Origin: an uncultured Gemmatimonadales bacterium
GTDB taxonomy: Bacteria; Gemmatimonadota; Gemmatimonadetes; Longimicrobiales; Gaopeijiaceae
Length of the DNA stretch: 64,000 nt
Direction of reading: 5' to 3'
Assembly: GCA_963809895.1 (NCBI GenBank)
Contig: CAWELD010000010.1
Location: forward strand, 384,001-448,000
The notes under the pieces are model-generated. The model was not told the origin of the DNA. It saw only the letters and a list, made by a program, of their open reading frames with translations, and made no database searches. Positions 49,820 through 59,307 of this stretch are shown one piece after another (position 1 is the stretch's first letter; each line of letters opens with the position of its first letter). A program made the position numbers and the translations under genes.

Positions 49820-52006
49820 TCATGTGGGCCGCCGGGCTCCACCGAACGCGTCGTAGAAGCGGCGGTCCTCGTCGGCCAGCCGTAGCAGAAGCTCGGCGGG
49901 CGCGAAGCGGGGCCCTACGCGCTCCTCCAGGGCTCGGAGGCGCTCCACCAGGCTGCGGGGATGGTGGGTGTCGGCGAAGCGCAGCAGGCCGCCACGGAAC
50001 GGTGGAAAGCCGGTGCCCATGATCATCCCCAGATCCACGTCCGCCGCGCTGGCGACGATGCCGTCGTCCAGCACTCGCGCCGCCTCGTTGATCATCGCCA
50101 GGACGAGCCGCGCCCGGATGTCGCCCGTATCGATTCCGCCCCGCTCCGCCGGTACCGACGGGCCGAGGTCCGTGTAGACGGACTCGTCCACGCCCTCGGC
50201 CTTGCCGTCCTCGTAGCGGTAGAACCCCCGGCCGTTCTTGCGGCCCAGGCGGTCGGTGGCCTCCAGAGCCGTGAGCGGGGGTGCCGGGGCCATGCGCGCG
50301 CCGAACGCCTCGTGGAGCGTATCGCCCGCGTGCCGGGCGATGTCGATGCCCACCTCGTCGATGAGGCGGATCGGTCCCATGGGCATGCCGAAGTCGGTGG
50401 CCGCGCGGTCGACCTCCTCGACGGTGGCGCCCTCGGCCAGGAGCCAGCCGGCCTCGTTCAGGTACGGACCCAGGATGCGATTCACCAGGAAGCCGGGCCC
50501 GTCGTTGCACACCACGGGCACCTTGCCGAGGGTCACGGCGAAGGCGTGCACGGTGGCGACGGTGTCGTCGGAGGTGGCGTGGCCGCGAACGACCTCCACC
50601 AACGGCATGCGGTGCACGGGATTGAAGAAGTGCATGCCACAGAAGTCGGCCGGACGGGCCAGCGCCTCGGCCATGTCGTCCACCGACAGCGACGACGTGT
50701 TGGTGGCGAGGATGCACCCGGCCCTGACCACGCCTTCCATCTCGCGCAGCACGGAGCGCTTCACGTCCATGCGCTCCACCACGGCCTCCACCACGAGGTC
50801 GGCCGTCTGGAACCCGTGATACTCCAGGCCGCCCGACACCAGCCCCATCTTGTGATCGGCCTCCCGGCGGGAGAGCTTGTGGCGCTCCACGGCCTTGTCG
50901 AAGAGCCCGCGCGCGTGCTGGAGCCCGCTGGCCACGGCCTCGTCGCGGATGTCCTTGAGGCGCACTTCCACGTCGTTGTACGCGGCGAGCTGGGCGATGC
51001 CACCGCCCATGACACCCGCCCCGACCACGCCCAGGTGCTCCACCTCGTGCGCGCGACCCTCCGGCACGACCCGCGCGGTCTTGCGGGCGTCTTCACGCAG
51101 ATGGAAGACGTGCAGGAGGTTCCGGTGCACCGACGTGGCCGTGAGCTCGCCGAAGGCACGCGCCTCGATGCGGAGCGCATCCGGCACCGGCTTGCCCAGG
51201 GAGCGTTTGAGCACCTCCAGGATCTTGAGGGGGGCCGGATAGTGTCCTCCGGTCTCGTGCTTCACCCGGCGGCGGGCAGTGGCCAGGACGATGCGCCGGC
51301 CGGGGACGGTGTCCTCGAGCAGCCGCTTTCCCAGCCCGCGCTTGCGGCGCGAGGCGCCGTCGGGGAGATCCGGCGCCCGCAGCGCGAACTCGCGCACCGA
51401 TTCGCGAAAGATCTCGGCGGGCAGAATCTCCGAGACCAGGCCGAGGCGGCGTGCCTTCGAGGGCCTGGCCGGGGAGCCGGTCAGGAGCATGGGCAGCGCG
51501 GCCTGCAGCCCGACGAGCCTCGGTAGCCGGGTGGTTCCGCCCCAGCCGGGCAGGAGCCCGAGCTGGACCTCGGGGAATCCCAGGCGCGTGGCCGCGCGAT
51601 CGGAGCAGACCCGGAAGCGACAGGCCAGCGCCAGCTCCAGACCTCCTCCCAGGCAGATCCCGTCGACCGCCGCCACCGTGGCCACGGGCAGCCGCTCCAC
51701 GTCCATGAAGATCGCCTGCCCCAGGAGCGACTTGGCCTCGCCATCGGCCGGATCCTGAATGGCGGCGATGGCTTCGACATCGGCCCCGGCGATGAACGTC
51801 GCGGGCTTGCCGCTGATGAACACCACGACCTTCACGGTCCCGGCGCTCACCTCCCTGGTGACCTCCTGGAGCAGCTCGCCGAGTCGGCGCACGACCTGCT
51901 CGTCGAGCACGTTCTGACTGCGATCCGGGTCGTCGAACTCGATCCACGCGACGCCGTCGGCGTCGATGGACAGCGTGGGATTGGGATGGGGCGTTGGATC
52001 GGCCAT
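49820..52006 (-). CDS. fadJ: Fatty acid oxidation complex alpha subunit (enoyl-CoA hydratase / 3-hydroxyacyl-CoA dehydrogenase)
   Basis: 'FIAGAD', 'CLGGGLELALAC', 'PEVQLGLLPGWGGT', 'GAGVMGGGIA', 'GMHFFNP' and 'GTGFPPFRGG'. Confidence 0.9.
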   Translation of the reverse strand: MADPTPHPNPTLSIDADGVAWIEFDDPDRSQNVLDEQVVRRLGELLQEVTREVSAGTVKVVVFISGKPATFIAGADVEAIAAIQDPADGEAKSLLGQAIFMDVERLPVATVAAVDGICLGGGLELALACRFRVCSDRAATRLGFPEVQLGLLPGWGGTTRLPRLVGLQAALPMLLTGSPARPSKARRLGLVSEILPAEIFRESVREFALRAPDLPDGASRRKRGLGKRLLEDTVPGRRIVLATARRRVKHETGGHYPAPLKILEVLKRSLGKPVPDALRIEARAFGELTATSVHRNLLHVFHLREDARKTARVVPEGRAHEVEHLGVVGAGVMGGGIAQLAAYNDVEVRLKDIRDEAVASGLQHARGLFDKAVERHKLSRREADHKMGLVSGGLEYHGFQTADLVVEAVVERMDVKRSVLREMEGVVRAGCILATNTSSLSVDDMAEALARPADFCGMHFFNPVHRMPLVEVVRGHATSDDTVATVHAFAVTLGKVPVVCNDGPGFLVNRILGPYLNEAGWLLAEGATVEEVDRAATDFGMPMGPIRLIDEVGIDIARHAGDTLHEAFGARMAPAPPLTALEATDRLGRKNGRGFYRYEDGKAEGVDESVYTDLGPSVPAERGGIDTGDIRARLVLAMINEAARVLDDGIVASAADVDLGMIMGTGFPPFRGGLLRFADTHHPRSLVERLRALEERVGPRFAPAELLLRLADEDRRFYDAFGGARRPT

Positions 52007-52136
52007 GGCTGGGCAGGCGGTCGGGGCGCGGGAAGGTCCACTCGCGGATGACTCCGCAATCTACCGCACCGTGCCTACCCCGACAGCGGCCGCGGGTGCG
52101 GCGCCGATTCGCGACGGGCGCTACCCAACACGAGGC

Positions 52137-52170
52137 GAGGCCCCGGACGCGCTGTGGCGTCCGGGGCCTC
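52137..52170 (-). terminator. 14-bp stem-loop after the lipoprotein gene
   Basis: GAGGCCCCGGACGC-N6-GCGTCCGGGGCCTC. Confidence 0.6.
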
Positions 52171-52209
52171 CGTTCCGTTGATCAACTCCGCCGGAGCGGC
52201 GGGCTCGAC

Positions 52210-52986
52210 TCAGAACTTGGGCCGCATCTCCGCGTTGCCGCGGGCGAGCGTGAACGTCACCGGCTCGCCACGCGCCACATCGAGCTCCTCGTTCCAGTAG
52301 AGCTCGGAATAGGGCTCGGCGTAGCGGGCGTAGACCCAGTAGTGGCCCGGCTTCACCTCGAAGCGCGCCACCCCCTGGGCATCGGTGGTGTCGGTGGCAA
52401 TGGGCAGGCCCGAAGCGCGCTGGTGCGCCAACATGACCGCGTCCACGTCGGCGTAGGCCTCGTTGGCCCACTCGTCGTACTGGACCCGGTACTCCTGCGC
52501 CCGCTGGATGTTGGCCTTGGAGAGCGAGTCGAACACCGCGAACGCCTGATCCTTGCGGCGTTCCACCTGACCCAGCTGCGCGTCCATATCGTTGAACTCC
52601 CGGTAGAGGACCGTATAGCGGGCCTCTCCTCGGGAGAACTGGTCCATGGTCTCCTTGATCGTCTGGAGCGTGTCGCGGAGCGTGTTCCAACGGCTCTCGA
52701 GGTCGCGCCAGGTGCGCTGAGCGTCGGCCGTCTCGTTCTGGGCGTCCAGGAGCTCCTGGGGGACCTGGGGCTCAGGCGCCGCGGCCGCGCTGGTCAGCGA
52801 GTCGAAGATCTGGTCGCGATCGAAGGGAAGGAGCTGCACCTCGAGATCGGAGAGCTGGCGGGTCACCGTCTCTCCGGTGGCCGGGTCCTCCAGGTCGATC
52901 TCGGCGGTGACCACCACTTCCGCGGGACCGCAGGCCGCGAGGGCCAACGCCGTCGCGGCGGTGAAGAGGAGGGAGAAGCGCTTCAT
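52210..52986 (-). CDS. Hypothetical lipoprotein with central coiled-coil
   Basis: Lipobox 'LALAAC', heptad-like helical middle and C-terminal 'TTDAQG.ARF...PG.YWVYAR'. Upstream TTGTCG-N17-TACTTT promoter at 53028-53056. Confidence 0.82.
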   Translation of the reverse strand: MKRFSLLFTAATALALAACGPAEVVVTAEIDLEDPATGETVTRQLSDLEVQLLPFDRDQIFDSLTSAAAAPEPQVPQELLDAQNETADAQRTWRDLESRWNTLRDTLQTIKETMDQFSRGEARYTVLYREFNDMDAQLGQVERRKDQAFAVFDSLSKANIQRAQEYRVQYDEWANEAYADVDAVMLAHQRASGLPIATDTTDAQGVARFEVKPGHYWVYARYAEPYSELYWNEELDVARGEPVTFTLARGNAEMRPKF

Positions 52987-53078
52987 GTGGACACTCCGTA
53001 AGTCGTTCCGGACAGGGTCAGGCGGCGAAAGTACACGCGGCCCGAGGGGTCGACAAGGTTTCCGGGTGTATCGGACGC

Positions 53079-54521
53079 TCACCCGCCTCCCAGGTCCGGC
53101 CCGAAGACGAGGATGCGGGGGGGGCCGAGCGCCGAAGCGGCCCGGGTGAGCTCGGAGGGGCCGAGGGTCCACACGGCCGCCCTCAGCGCCCGCACTTCGC
53201 CGTCCCGAACGAGGTCCTGGGCACGCCGCGCCGCGGCCTGCTCCGGCACGGCCTCGCGCAGAAGCTCGGCGGAACGAAACCGTCGCCGCTGCCACCGGAA
53301 GAAGGCGTCCTCGGCAGGGATCGCGAGGGCTTCGACGCCGTTCAGGATGCGCTGCTCCCACCGGTCGGCGGCATCGGGGAGGACGGCGGCCTCGACGACC
53401 AGGGCGCGCCCCGAGTCCAGGGTGCGCACGTCCACCTGGACGTTGAAGACGCCGGGATCCGGGGGTGACGGGTTGAAGTCCTCCGTCAGGCGCCTGGAGA
53501 GGAACTCCAGCAGGGTGGCAGGCATGTCCGAGGGGACGGGATACGCCACGGTGATCCAGGTGTTCGTCACCTCCTGCACGATACGGACGCGGTCGCCCTG
53601 ATCCCACGGAAGCGCGCCCACGTACGCGGTGTCCGGGGCAGGCGGGGCGCCCGTGGCGGCGGAGTCGGGAGACGGTGCAGGCGGTGCTCCCGCCACCGAG
53701 TCGGCGCCGACGGACGCGGCGGCCCCCGTGGAATCGGCAGCTGCCGTGTCGGGAGTCGCCGCCAGCGAGTCGACCACCGCCGGCCGGGGGGCGGGCGGCA
53801 GACCCAGTACCCGGCGCGCGGCGTCTTCTCCGCCCAGGGCGCCCAGCACGGACAGGCTCGCGTCGTCGGCCCGGTACGTGCGCCGGCGGAACCCGTCCAG
53901 GGCGCCGGCGTCGATGCGGCCCACCGATTCCAGCGTCCCATCCGTGGGCCGGGCCGCCGGCGAGGCCGCACCGTAGAGCAGGGCCCGGGTCTGGCCGCGC
54001 ACGTCCACGATGGGAGCGCCGGCCTCGAAAGTGAGGATCTCCTGGAGGTTCGCCACCACGGCGGCGACGTCCGCAGCAGCGGGGGCGTCCTCGAAGGCGG
54101 CCGCCGTCAGGGCCCGCCACGCGACCTGCCAGCTCTCCGGCAGCACCGCCAGCCGGATCAGTGTCAGATGCGGAGTCACGGAGACCGCCACCGTGCCGCC
54201 CCCCGGACCGAGCGCGCTCTCGACCCGCCGCTGGATCGTGCCCGCCATCACCCGGGCCGAGCCTTCGAGCCCGTCGGGATCGTCGGCGGAGCCCACGGGC
54301 AAGGCCAGCGCCATCCCGACGGCGGGAGTGCCCGGCAGGTCCTCGATGTGAATGCGACCGACCCGCCCGCCGGTCAGGGCCGGAGCGCCGGGCGCCAGCC
54401 CCTGTCCGGCCAGCGGTGCGGCCGCCGTCGTCCCGACCAGGATCGTCAACGCCGTGAGCGCCCAGGCGCCCGGGCCCTGCGCCCGCGCCACGATGCGCCT
54501 CATCGCCCCTCGCGTCGTCAT
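53079..54521 (-). CDS. Secreted, divergent M16-like protein lacking zinc ligands
   Basis: 'PVGSADDPDGLEGSA' and 'DGTLESVGRI...FRRRTY...LSVLG' resemble the M16 scaffold; no HxxEH; Ala/Pro/Asp/Ser-rich insert. Confidence 0.65.
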   Translation of the reverse strand: MTTRGAMRRIVARAQGPGAWALTALTILVGTTAAAPLAGQGLAPGAPALTGGRVGRIHIEDLPGTPAVGMALALPVGSADDPDGLEGSARVMAGTIQRRVESALGPGGGTVAVSVTPHLTLIRLAVLPESWQVAWRALTAAAFEDAPAAADVAAVVANLQEILTFEAGAPIVDVRGQTRALLYGAASPAARPTDGTLESVGRIDAGALDGFRRRTYRADDASLSVLGALGGEDAARRVLGLPPAPRPAVVDSLAATPDTAAADSTGAAASVGADSVAGAPPAPSPDSAATGAPPAPDTAYVGALPWDQGDRVRIVQEVTNTWITVAYPVPSDMPATLLEFLSRRLTEDFNPSPPDPGVFNVQVDVRTLDSGRALVVEAAVLPDAADRWEQRILNGVEALAIPAEDAFFRWQRRRFRSAELLREAVPEQAAARRAQDLVRDGEVRALRAAVWTLGPSELTRAASALGPPRILVFGPDLGGG

Positions 54522-55747
54522 GGTCGCACCTGGGCCCGGAAGGTCTGACCTGCCGACAGATCCTGCAGGAAGGCCCGCATGGCGTCGTCGTCGAGGTCCG
54601 TGAGCGCGTCCAGGTATCGGCGGGCCGCGTCGATGGCCAGCCCGGCGTCGATGAAGCGGCCCACGAGATGCACGCGGCCCCACGGCGTCCTGGCCTGGAG
54701 CAGGAGGTCACGGCGGATGCGCTCGGCCACGGACTGCGCCTCGCCGGGCTGGAGATTGGACGTCGCGTCCTGGATGAGTCCGTCGATGCGGCGTTGGAGC
54801 GCTGCGGCCTGCCGTGGGTAGGCCGCTCCCACGGCGGCCAGGACCGTGCGATCGGAGGTCTCCCAGAGCCGGATCTCGGCCTCGTAGTCGTCCTGTTCGT
54901 CGCGCAGGCGACGAGCCAGGAGGACCGCGGCGACGGCGGCGCGGGGGTCCAGAGGCGCGGAGGTGGACCAGGCGGCTCCCACCCAGCGTCGCAGGGTCTG
55001 GACCCGGCCCGGGCGAGGTGAGGGCGGCGCCGGGGCACCGGAGGGTGGGGCCGGCGAGCTCTCGTTGGATCCGAGCCCCGCCAGAGAAGCCAGCAGCACG
55101 GGATCAGCCACCTGGCCTGCGACCAGGAGCGTCATGGCTTCCGGGCGATGACTCCGCGCCCACACGTCGCGCAGCGTCGCGACACCCAGCGTGGGCAGGC
55201 TGCCCCGCGTTCCGTCGATGGGCGGCTTCTCAGGCGTGGCCGCGGCCCGCAACTCGGCCTCGATCCGGCCACCGCCGGTCTCCTCGAGTCGCCGGAGCCG
55301 TTCGTCCAGCTCGGCGCGCACGGCCTCCAGCGTGCCCACGTCGGGCGACGGCTCTCGAGCGGCGACGCGCAGCAGATAGGTCAGGTAGTCCAGATCCGCC
55401 ACGGGCCCGGTCACCGTATAGACCAGGCCCCACGGCGTGCGTCCGGCCTCGACCCGGGCACCCAAGGCGCTCGCCGGCCCTTCCAGGCGACGCTGGGCGA
55501 GCATGGCCAGCATGCGGCCCGCGCCAGCCTCGGCCGGGCTCTCGGAGAGAGGGATGGAGAGGCGGAGCGAGACCACGCCTTCCGTGGGGGCCGGCAAGCG
55601 GATCACGCGCGGTGACCCGGGCGGCGCGAGCACCGAGTCGGGAAGCAGCGGATCCGGCGTGGCCGATGCCTGAGCCCGAAGCGCAGGCGTCCAGGCGAGG
55701 GCCACGGCCAGGGCCGTCGGCAGGAGGGTACGGATGGCTCGGGTCAC
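54518..55747 (-). CDS. Secreted, divergent M16-like protein lacking zinc ligands
   Basis: Signal peptide and 'DGTRGSLPTL...WARSHRPEAMTLLVAG'; no HxxEH; ATGA-coupled to the downstream gene. Confidence 0.65.
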   Translation of the reverse strand: MTRAIRTLLPTALAVALAWTPALRAQASATPDPLLPDSVLAPPGSPRVIRLPAPTEGVVSLRLSIPLSESPAEAGAGRMLAMLAQRRLEGPASALGARVEAGRTPWGLVYTVTGPVADLDYLTYLLRVAAREPSPDVGTLEAVRAELDERLRRLEETGGGRIEAELRAAATPEKPPIDGTRGSLPTLGVATLRDVWARSHRPEAMTLLVAGQVADPVLLASLAGLGSNESSPAPPSGAPAPPSPRPGRVQTLRRWVGAAWSTSAPLDPRAAVAAVLLARRLRDEQDDYEAEIRLWETSDRTVLAAVGAAYPRQAAALQRRIDGLIQDATSNLQPGEAQSVAERIRRDLLLQARTPWGRVHLVGRFIDAGLAIDAARRYLDALTDLDDDAMRAFLQDLSAGQTFRAQVRP

Positions 55748-55790
55748 GTCGGCTTGGGGGCGCCCCCGGGATCGCTTCGGGGGAGGGGGG

Positions 55791-56720
55791 TCAGGGGACG
55801 ACGGCCGGCAGGACGTAGTTCATGGGATTCTGCGGTCGGCCGTTCACGCGCACCTCGTAATGCAAATTTGCGGAGGTCGCGATCCCCGTGCTACCCACTT
55901 GTGCGATGATGTCGCCGCGCTGGACCTGCTGGCCCACGCGTACCAGGATCTTGGACGCGTGCCCGTAACGGGTCGTGTAGCCGTACCCGTGGTCGATTTC
56001 GACCATCTGGCCGTAGCCGGTGACCCAGCCTGCGCGCACGACCCGTCCCTTGGCTGCCGCCAGGATGGGCGTGCCCCGGGGGGCGGCGATGTCGATGCCC
56101 TCGTGGGGAAGGGCCTCGTGGTAGATCGGATGGTTCCGGCTGCGCGAGAAACGCGAGGACAGGTAGCCCGTGGTGGGCATGATGGACGGCGTGGACAGCA
56201 GGAGGTCGCGGTGCGCGCGCAGGGAATCCCCGGCTTCGTCCATGCTCGCTTCCAGGAGTCGGGCTCGCCGTTCGAGGGCGTTCAGATCGTACTGGGCCGC
56301 GAACGCCGCCTTGCCCATGACCGAGTCCACCGGCCACAGCGGGTGCGATTCGGGGGTGTCCGCACCCGGGCCGCCGATACCGACCCGAAGGATCTCGTCG
56401 TCGATGGGGTCCAACCCGGCCAGGCTGCGGAGCTCGGTGTCGCGCTCGGTGAGCCCGTCCAGGTTCCCCTCGAGCTGAGTGACCTGATTCTGGATGCGGT
56501 CGAGCTCGGCGGTGAGAGCCTTGTTGCGTGTCCGGAGCTGGCGGGCCTCGATGCGTGTGGCGCCTCCGAAACCGACGCCCAGCGCGAGAACGAGCAGGAC
56601 GACCAGAATCAGCCCGACGCCCGCGCCTCCGAGGGCCAAGGCCCGCGGAGAGAGCGAGTACTGCCGGACAGGGCTCTCCTCTCCCCGGACCACGAGGAAG
56701 GTCCAGCGGTCTCCTGCCAT
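55791..56720 (-). CDS. M23 family peptidoglycan endopeptidase with coiled-coil
   Basis: TM, coiled-coil, 'TPSIMP', 'HEGID', 'YGHAS' and 'STGIATSANLHYEV' (NLH in place of the usual HLH). Confidence 0.88.
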   Translation of the reverse strand: MAGDRWTFLVVRGEESPVRQYSLSPRALALGGAGVGLILVVLLVLALGVGFGGATRIEARQLRTRNKALTAELDRIQNQVTQLEGNLDGLTERDTELRSLAGLDPIDDEILRVGIGGPGADTPESHPLWPVDSVMGKAAFAAQYDLNALERRARLLEASMDEAGDSLRAHRDLLLSTPSIMPTTGYLSSRFSRSRNHPIYHEALPHEGIDIAAPRGTPILAAAKGRVVRAGWVTGYGQMVEIDHGYGYTTRYGHASKILVRVGQQVQRGDIIAQVGSTGIATSANLHYEVRVNGRPQNPMNYVLPAVVP

Positions 56721-56821
56721 CAGTCGGCCATCGTCTCCATCCCGTTCACACGTGCACCGAAGCCGTCCGGCGGGTCGAAACCCTCCATGTTCCTGCCGCC
56801 ACTCCACGGACTAGCCGGCAG

Positions 56822-56851
56822 AAGTTAGACCGTGGCGCGCGGGGGTGTCAA
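56822..56851 (-). promoter_or_regulatory. Sigma70-type promoter of the M23/M16-like operon
   Basis: TTGACA-N18-TAACTT. Confidence 0.55.
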
Positions 56852-56865
56852 CGTCCGGCCCGGCA

Positions 56866-58407
56866 TCATTCGTCGCGCTTCTTCCGCGGAAAGAGGGGGT
56901 CCCCCTTTCGGACCTCGCGACCCGCCAGCGCGAGGCCGCGCGCGGCCTCGAGAGTCGGCACCTGGTCCAGGCCCAGCCGGTCCGCCAGCTCGGCCATCTT
57001 GCCCGGGGCCACGGGCTGGAAGAGCGCGGACAGCACGGTCAACACGCGTGCCAGGGTGGCGAGGGTCTCGTCCAGGTCGTCGGCCCGCTCCGGGTCCTTG
57101 GCGAGGGCCCACGGCTCCCGCTCTTCGATATAGCCGTTGGCGGCCCTGGCCAGGTCCATGGCCGAGCCCAGCGCGTCGTGGAGCCGATACGACTCCAGTG
57201 CCTCGGTGACCGCCTCCAGCGTCGCATCCACCTGGTCGGACATCCCCGTTCCGCCCGCCGAGGGCACCACGCCGTCCCGGTAGCGGGCGATCATGGACAT
57301 GGCTCTGGACGCGAGATTCCCGAGCACGTTGGCCAGCTCGTCGTAGCGGGCCAGGAAGCGCTCGGGAGTGAACGACGCATCGCCCCCGGTGGGCATCTCC
57401 CGCAGCAGGTACCAGCGCACCGCGTCGGTGCCGAACTCCTCCCGGAGCTGGAGCGGGTCCACCACGTTGCCCAGCGACTTGGACATCTTGGTCTCGCCCA
57501 CCACCCACCACCCGTGAGCCAGGATCCGGCGCGGCAGCGGCAGGCCCGCGCCCATGAGCAGGGTCGGCCAGTACACGGCGTGCGTGGTGAGGATGTCCTT
57601 GCCGATGAGATGGAGGTCCGCGGGCCACCACGAACCGGAGGTGTCGTCCCAGCCCTGCTCGCCGGCCGGGGCCGAGGGATCGACGGCACCGGACGCCGTG
57701 AAGTAGTTGATGAGGGCATCGACCCACACATAGGTGACGTGGTCCTCGTCGAAGGGCAGGGGGATGCCCCACTGCAGGCGGGCCCGCGGCCGCGAGATGG
57801 ACAGGTCCGAGAGCGGCTGCTGCAGGAAGCCCAGCACCTCGTTGCGCCGGATCTCGGGCACGATCCAGTCCGGGTGCGCCTCGATGTGGCGCACCAGGTC
57901 CTCCTGGAAGGCGCTCATGCGGAAGAAGTAGTTCTTCTCCTCGATCTCCCTCACCGGGCGTCCGCAGTCGGGGCAGGTGTGGTCGGGCCCCAGATCCTTC
58001 TCGGTCCAGTAGCGCTCCTCGTGGATGCAGTACCAGCCGGTGTAGCTGCCCTCGTAGATGTGGCCGCGATCCATGAGGCGCTGGACGAAGCCCCGCACCA
58101 CCGCCACGTGCTCCGGCTCGGTGGTACGGATGAAGCGGTCGAAGGCGATGTCGAGCTGTTCCCAGGCGGCCCGGAAACGCGCCGCCATCTCGTCGCAGAG
58201 CTCCTGGGGAGACACGCCCCGGCGGTTGGCCTCCTCCTGGATCTTCTGTCCGTGCTCGTCGGTGCCGGTGAGGAACAGCACGTCGCGTCCAGCCTGGCGG
58301 TGGAACCGGGCCAGCGCGTCGGCGAGAATCGTGGTGTAGGCGTGCCCCAGATGAGGCTCGCCCGAGGCGTAGTAGATGGGTGTCGTCAGGTAGCGTCGAT
58401 CCGCCAC
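56866..58407 (-). CDS. metG: Methionine--tRNA ligase (short form)
   Basis: 'TTPIYY...PHLGH', 'GTDEHGQK', 'YVWVDALINY', 'IGKDI' and 'KMSKS'. Confidence 0.96.
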   Translation of the reverse strand: MADRRYLTTPIYYASGEPHLGHAYTTILADALARFHRQAGRDVLFLTGTDEHGQKIQEEANRRGVSPQELCDEMAARFRAAWEQLDIAFDRFIRTTEPEHVAVVRGFVQRLMDRGHIYEGSYTGWYCIHEERYWTEKDLGPDHTCPDCGRPVREIEEKNYFFRMSAFQEDLVRHIEAHPDWIVPEIRRNEVLGFLQQPLSDLSISRPRARLQWGIPLPFDEDHVTYVWVDALINYFTASGAVDPSAPAGEQGWDDTSGSWWPADLHLIGKDILTTHAVYWPTLLMGAGLPLPRRILAHGWWVVGETKMSKSLGNVVDPLQLREEFGTDAVRWYLLREMPTGGDASFTPERFLARYDELANVLGNLASRAMSMIARYRDGVVPSAGGTGMSDQVDATLEAVTEALESYRLHDALGSAMDLARAANGYIEEREPWALAKDPERADDLDETLATLARVLTVLSALFQPVAPGKMAELADRLGLDQVPTLEAARGLALAGREVRKGDPLFPRKKRDE

Positions 58408-58462
58408 GAAGGTCTCTCCCGGGTTGGGACGGGTCTGCCGACGCGCGCCGGACCGCGCGTCG

Positions 58463-59305
58463 TCAGTCGAAGGCCGGACCGGAGCCGGCGACTTCCTCTC
58501 TGAGGTCCTCCAGGCCCAGCGTGCGTCGATTGCCTTCGGCGTCGCGGAGCGTCACGGTTTCGCGGAGGATGTCCACGCCCAGCACCTTCTCCTCACCCAG
58601 GCCGGTGCGGATCGTGCGACCCTCCCTGGGAAAGCGCCGGCGGGCCTCGACATAGGTGCGGTGCTCGTACATGAGACAGCACATGAGCCGCCCACAACAC
58701 CCCGAGATCTGCGCCGGATTCAGCGACAGGCGCTGGTCCTTGGCCAGCTGCAAGCTGACCGGCTTGAGCTCGGGCAGCCAGGTCGAGCAGCACAGCTCCC
58801 GCCCGCAGCGTCCCACGCCTCCCAGGAGGGCGGCCTCGTCGCGAACCCCGATCTGGCGAAGCTCGATGCGCGTCCGAAAGGTCCGCGCCAGATCTCGCAC
58901 CAGCTCGCGGAAATCCACCCGCCGCTCGGCGGTGAAGTAGATGATGAGCTTGTTGCGGTCGAACTGCCACTCGGCCTCGGTGACCTTCATCTTGAGACCG
59001 TGCTTGTGCACGAGTCGCCGGGTCTCGTAACGCACGCGCTCCTCATCGGAGCGGAGCGTGTCGAGGGACTCCACTTCGTCCTGCCGCGCCAGTCGCAGCA
59101 CGCGCTTCTCGGGCGTCGGCGTCGCGCAACCGCCGGACGAGGAGCACTTGCGCTCGGCGATGAGCCCCACCGCCGAGACCTCGCCCACGTCTTCGCCCCG
59201 GTCGGCCTCCACCAGGACGTGCTGACCGGGCCGCAGGTCGAGTCCCACGGCGGTGAAGTAGTCCTTTCGGGTCCCCTTGAACTGGACCTCGGCAAAGCCG
59301 GCCAC
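58463..59305 (-). CDS. ricT: RicT/YaaT (PSP1 C-terminal domain) protein
   Basis: 'RVDFRELVRDLA', 'RQIGVRDEA', 'CGRELCC' and 'SGCCGRLMCCL'. Confidence 0.9.
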   Translation of the reverse strand: MAGFAEVQFKGTRKDYFTAVGLDLRPGQHVLVEADRGEDVGEVSAVGLIAERKCSSSGGCATPTPEKRVLRLARQDEVESLDTLRSDEERVRYETRRLVHKHGLKMKVTEAEWQFDRNKLIIYFTAERRVDFRELVRDLARTFRTRIELRQIGVRDEAALLGGVGRCGRELCCSTWLPELKPVSLQLAKDQRLSLNPAQISGCCGRLMCCLMYEHRTYVEARRRFPREGRTIRTGLGEEKVLGVDILRETVTLRDAEGNRRTLGLEDLREEVAGSGPAFD

Positions 59306-59307
59306 GC

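Noticed and set aside
52210..55038. 942-aa ORF
   Set aside because: Only the last 258 codons, from ATG 52986 (lipoprotein signal), look real. The rest overlaps the M16-like genes out of frame.
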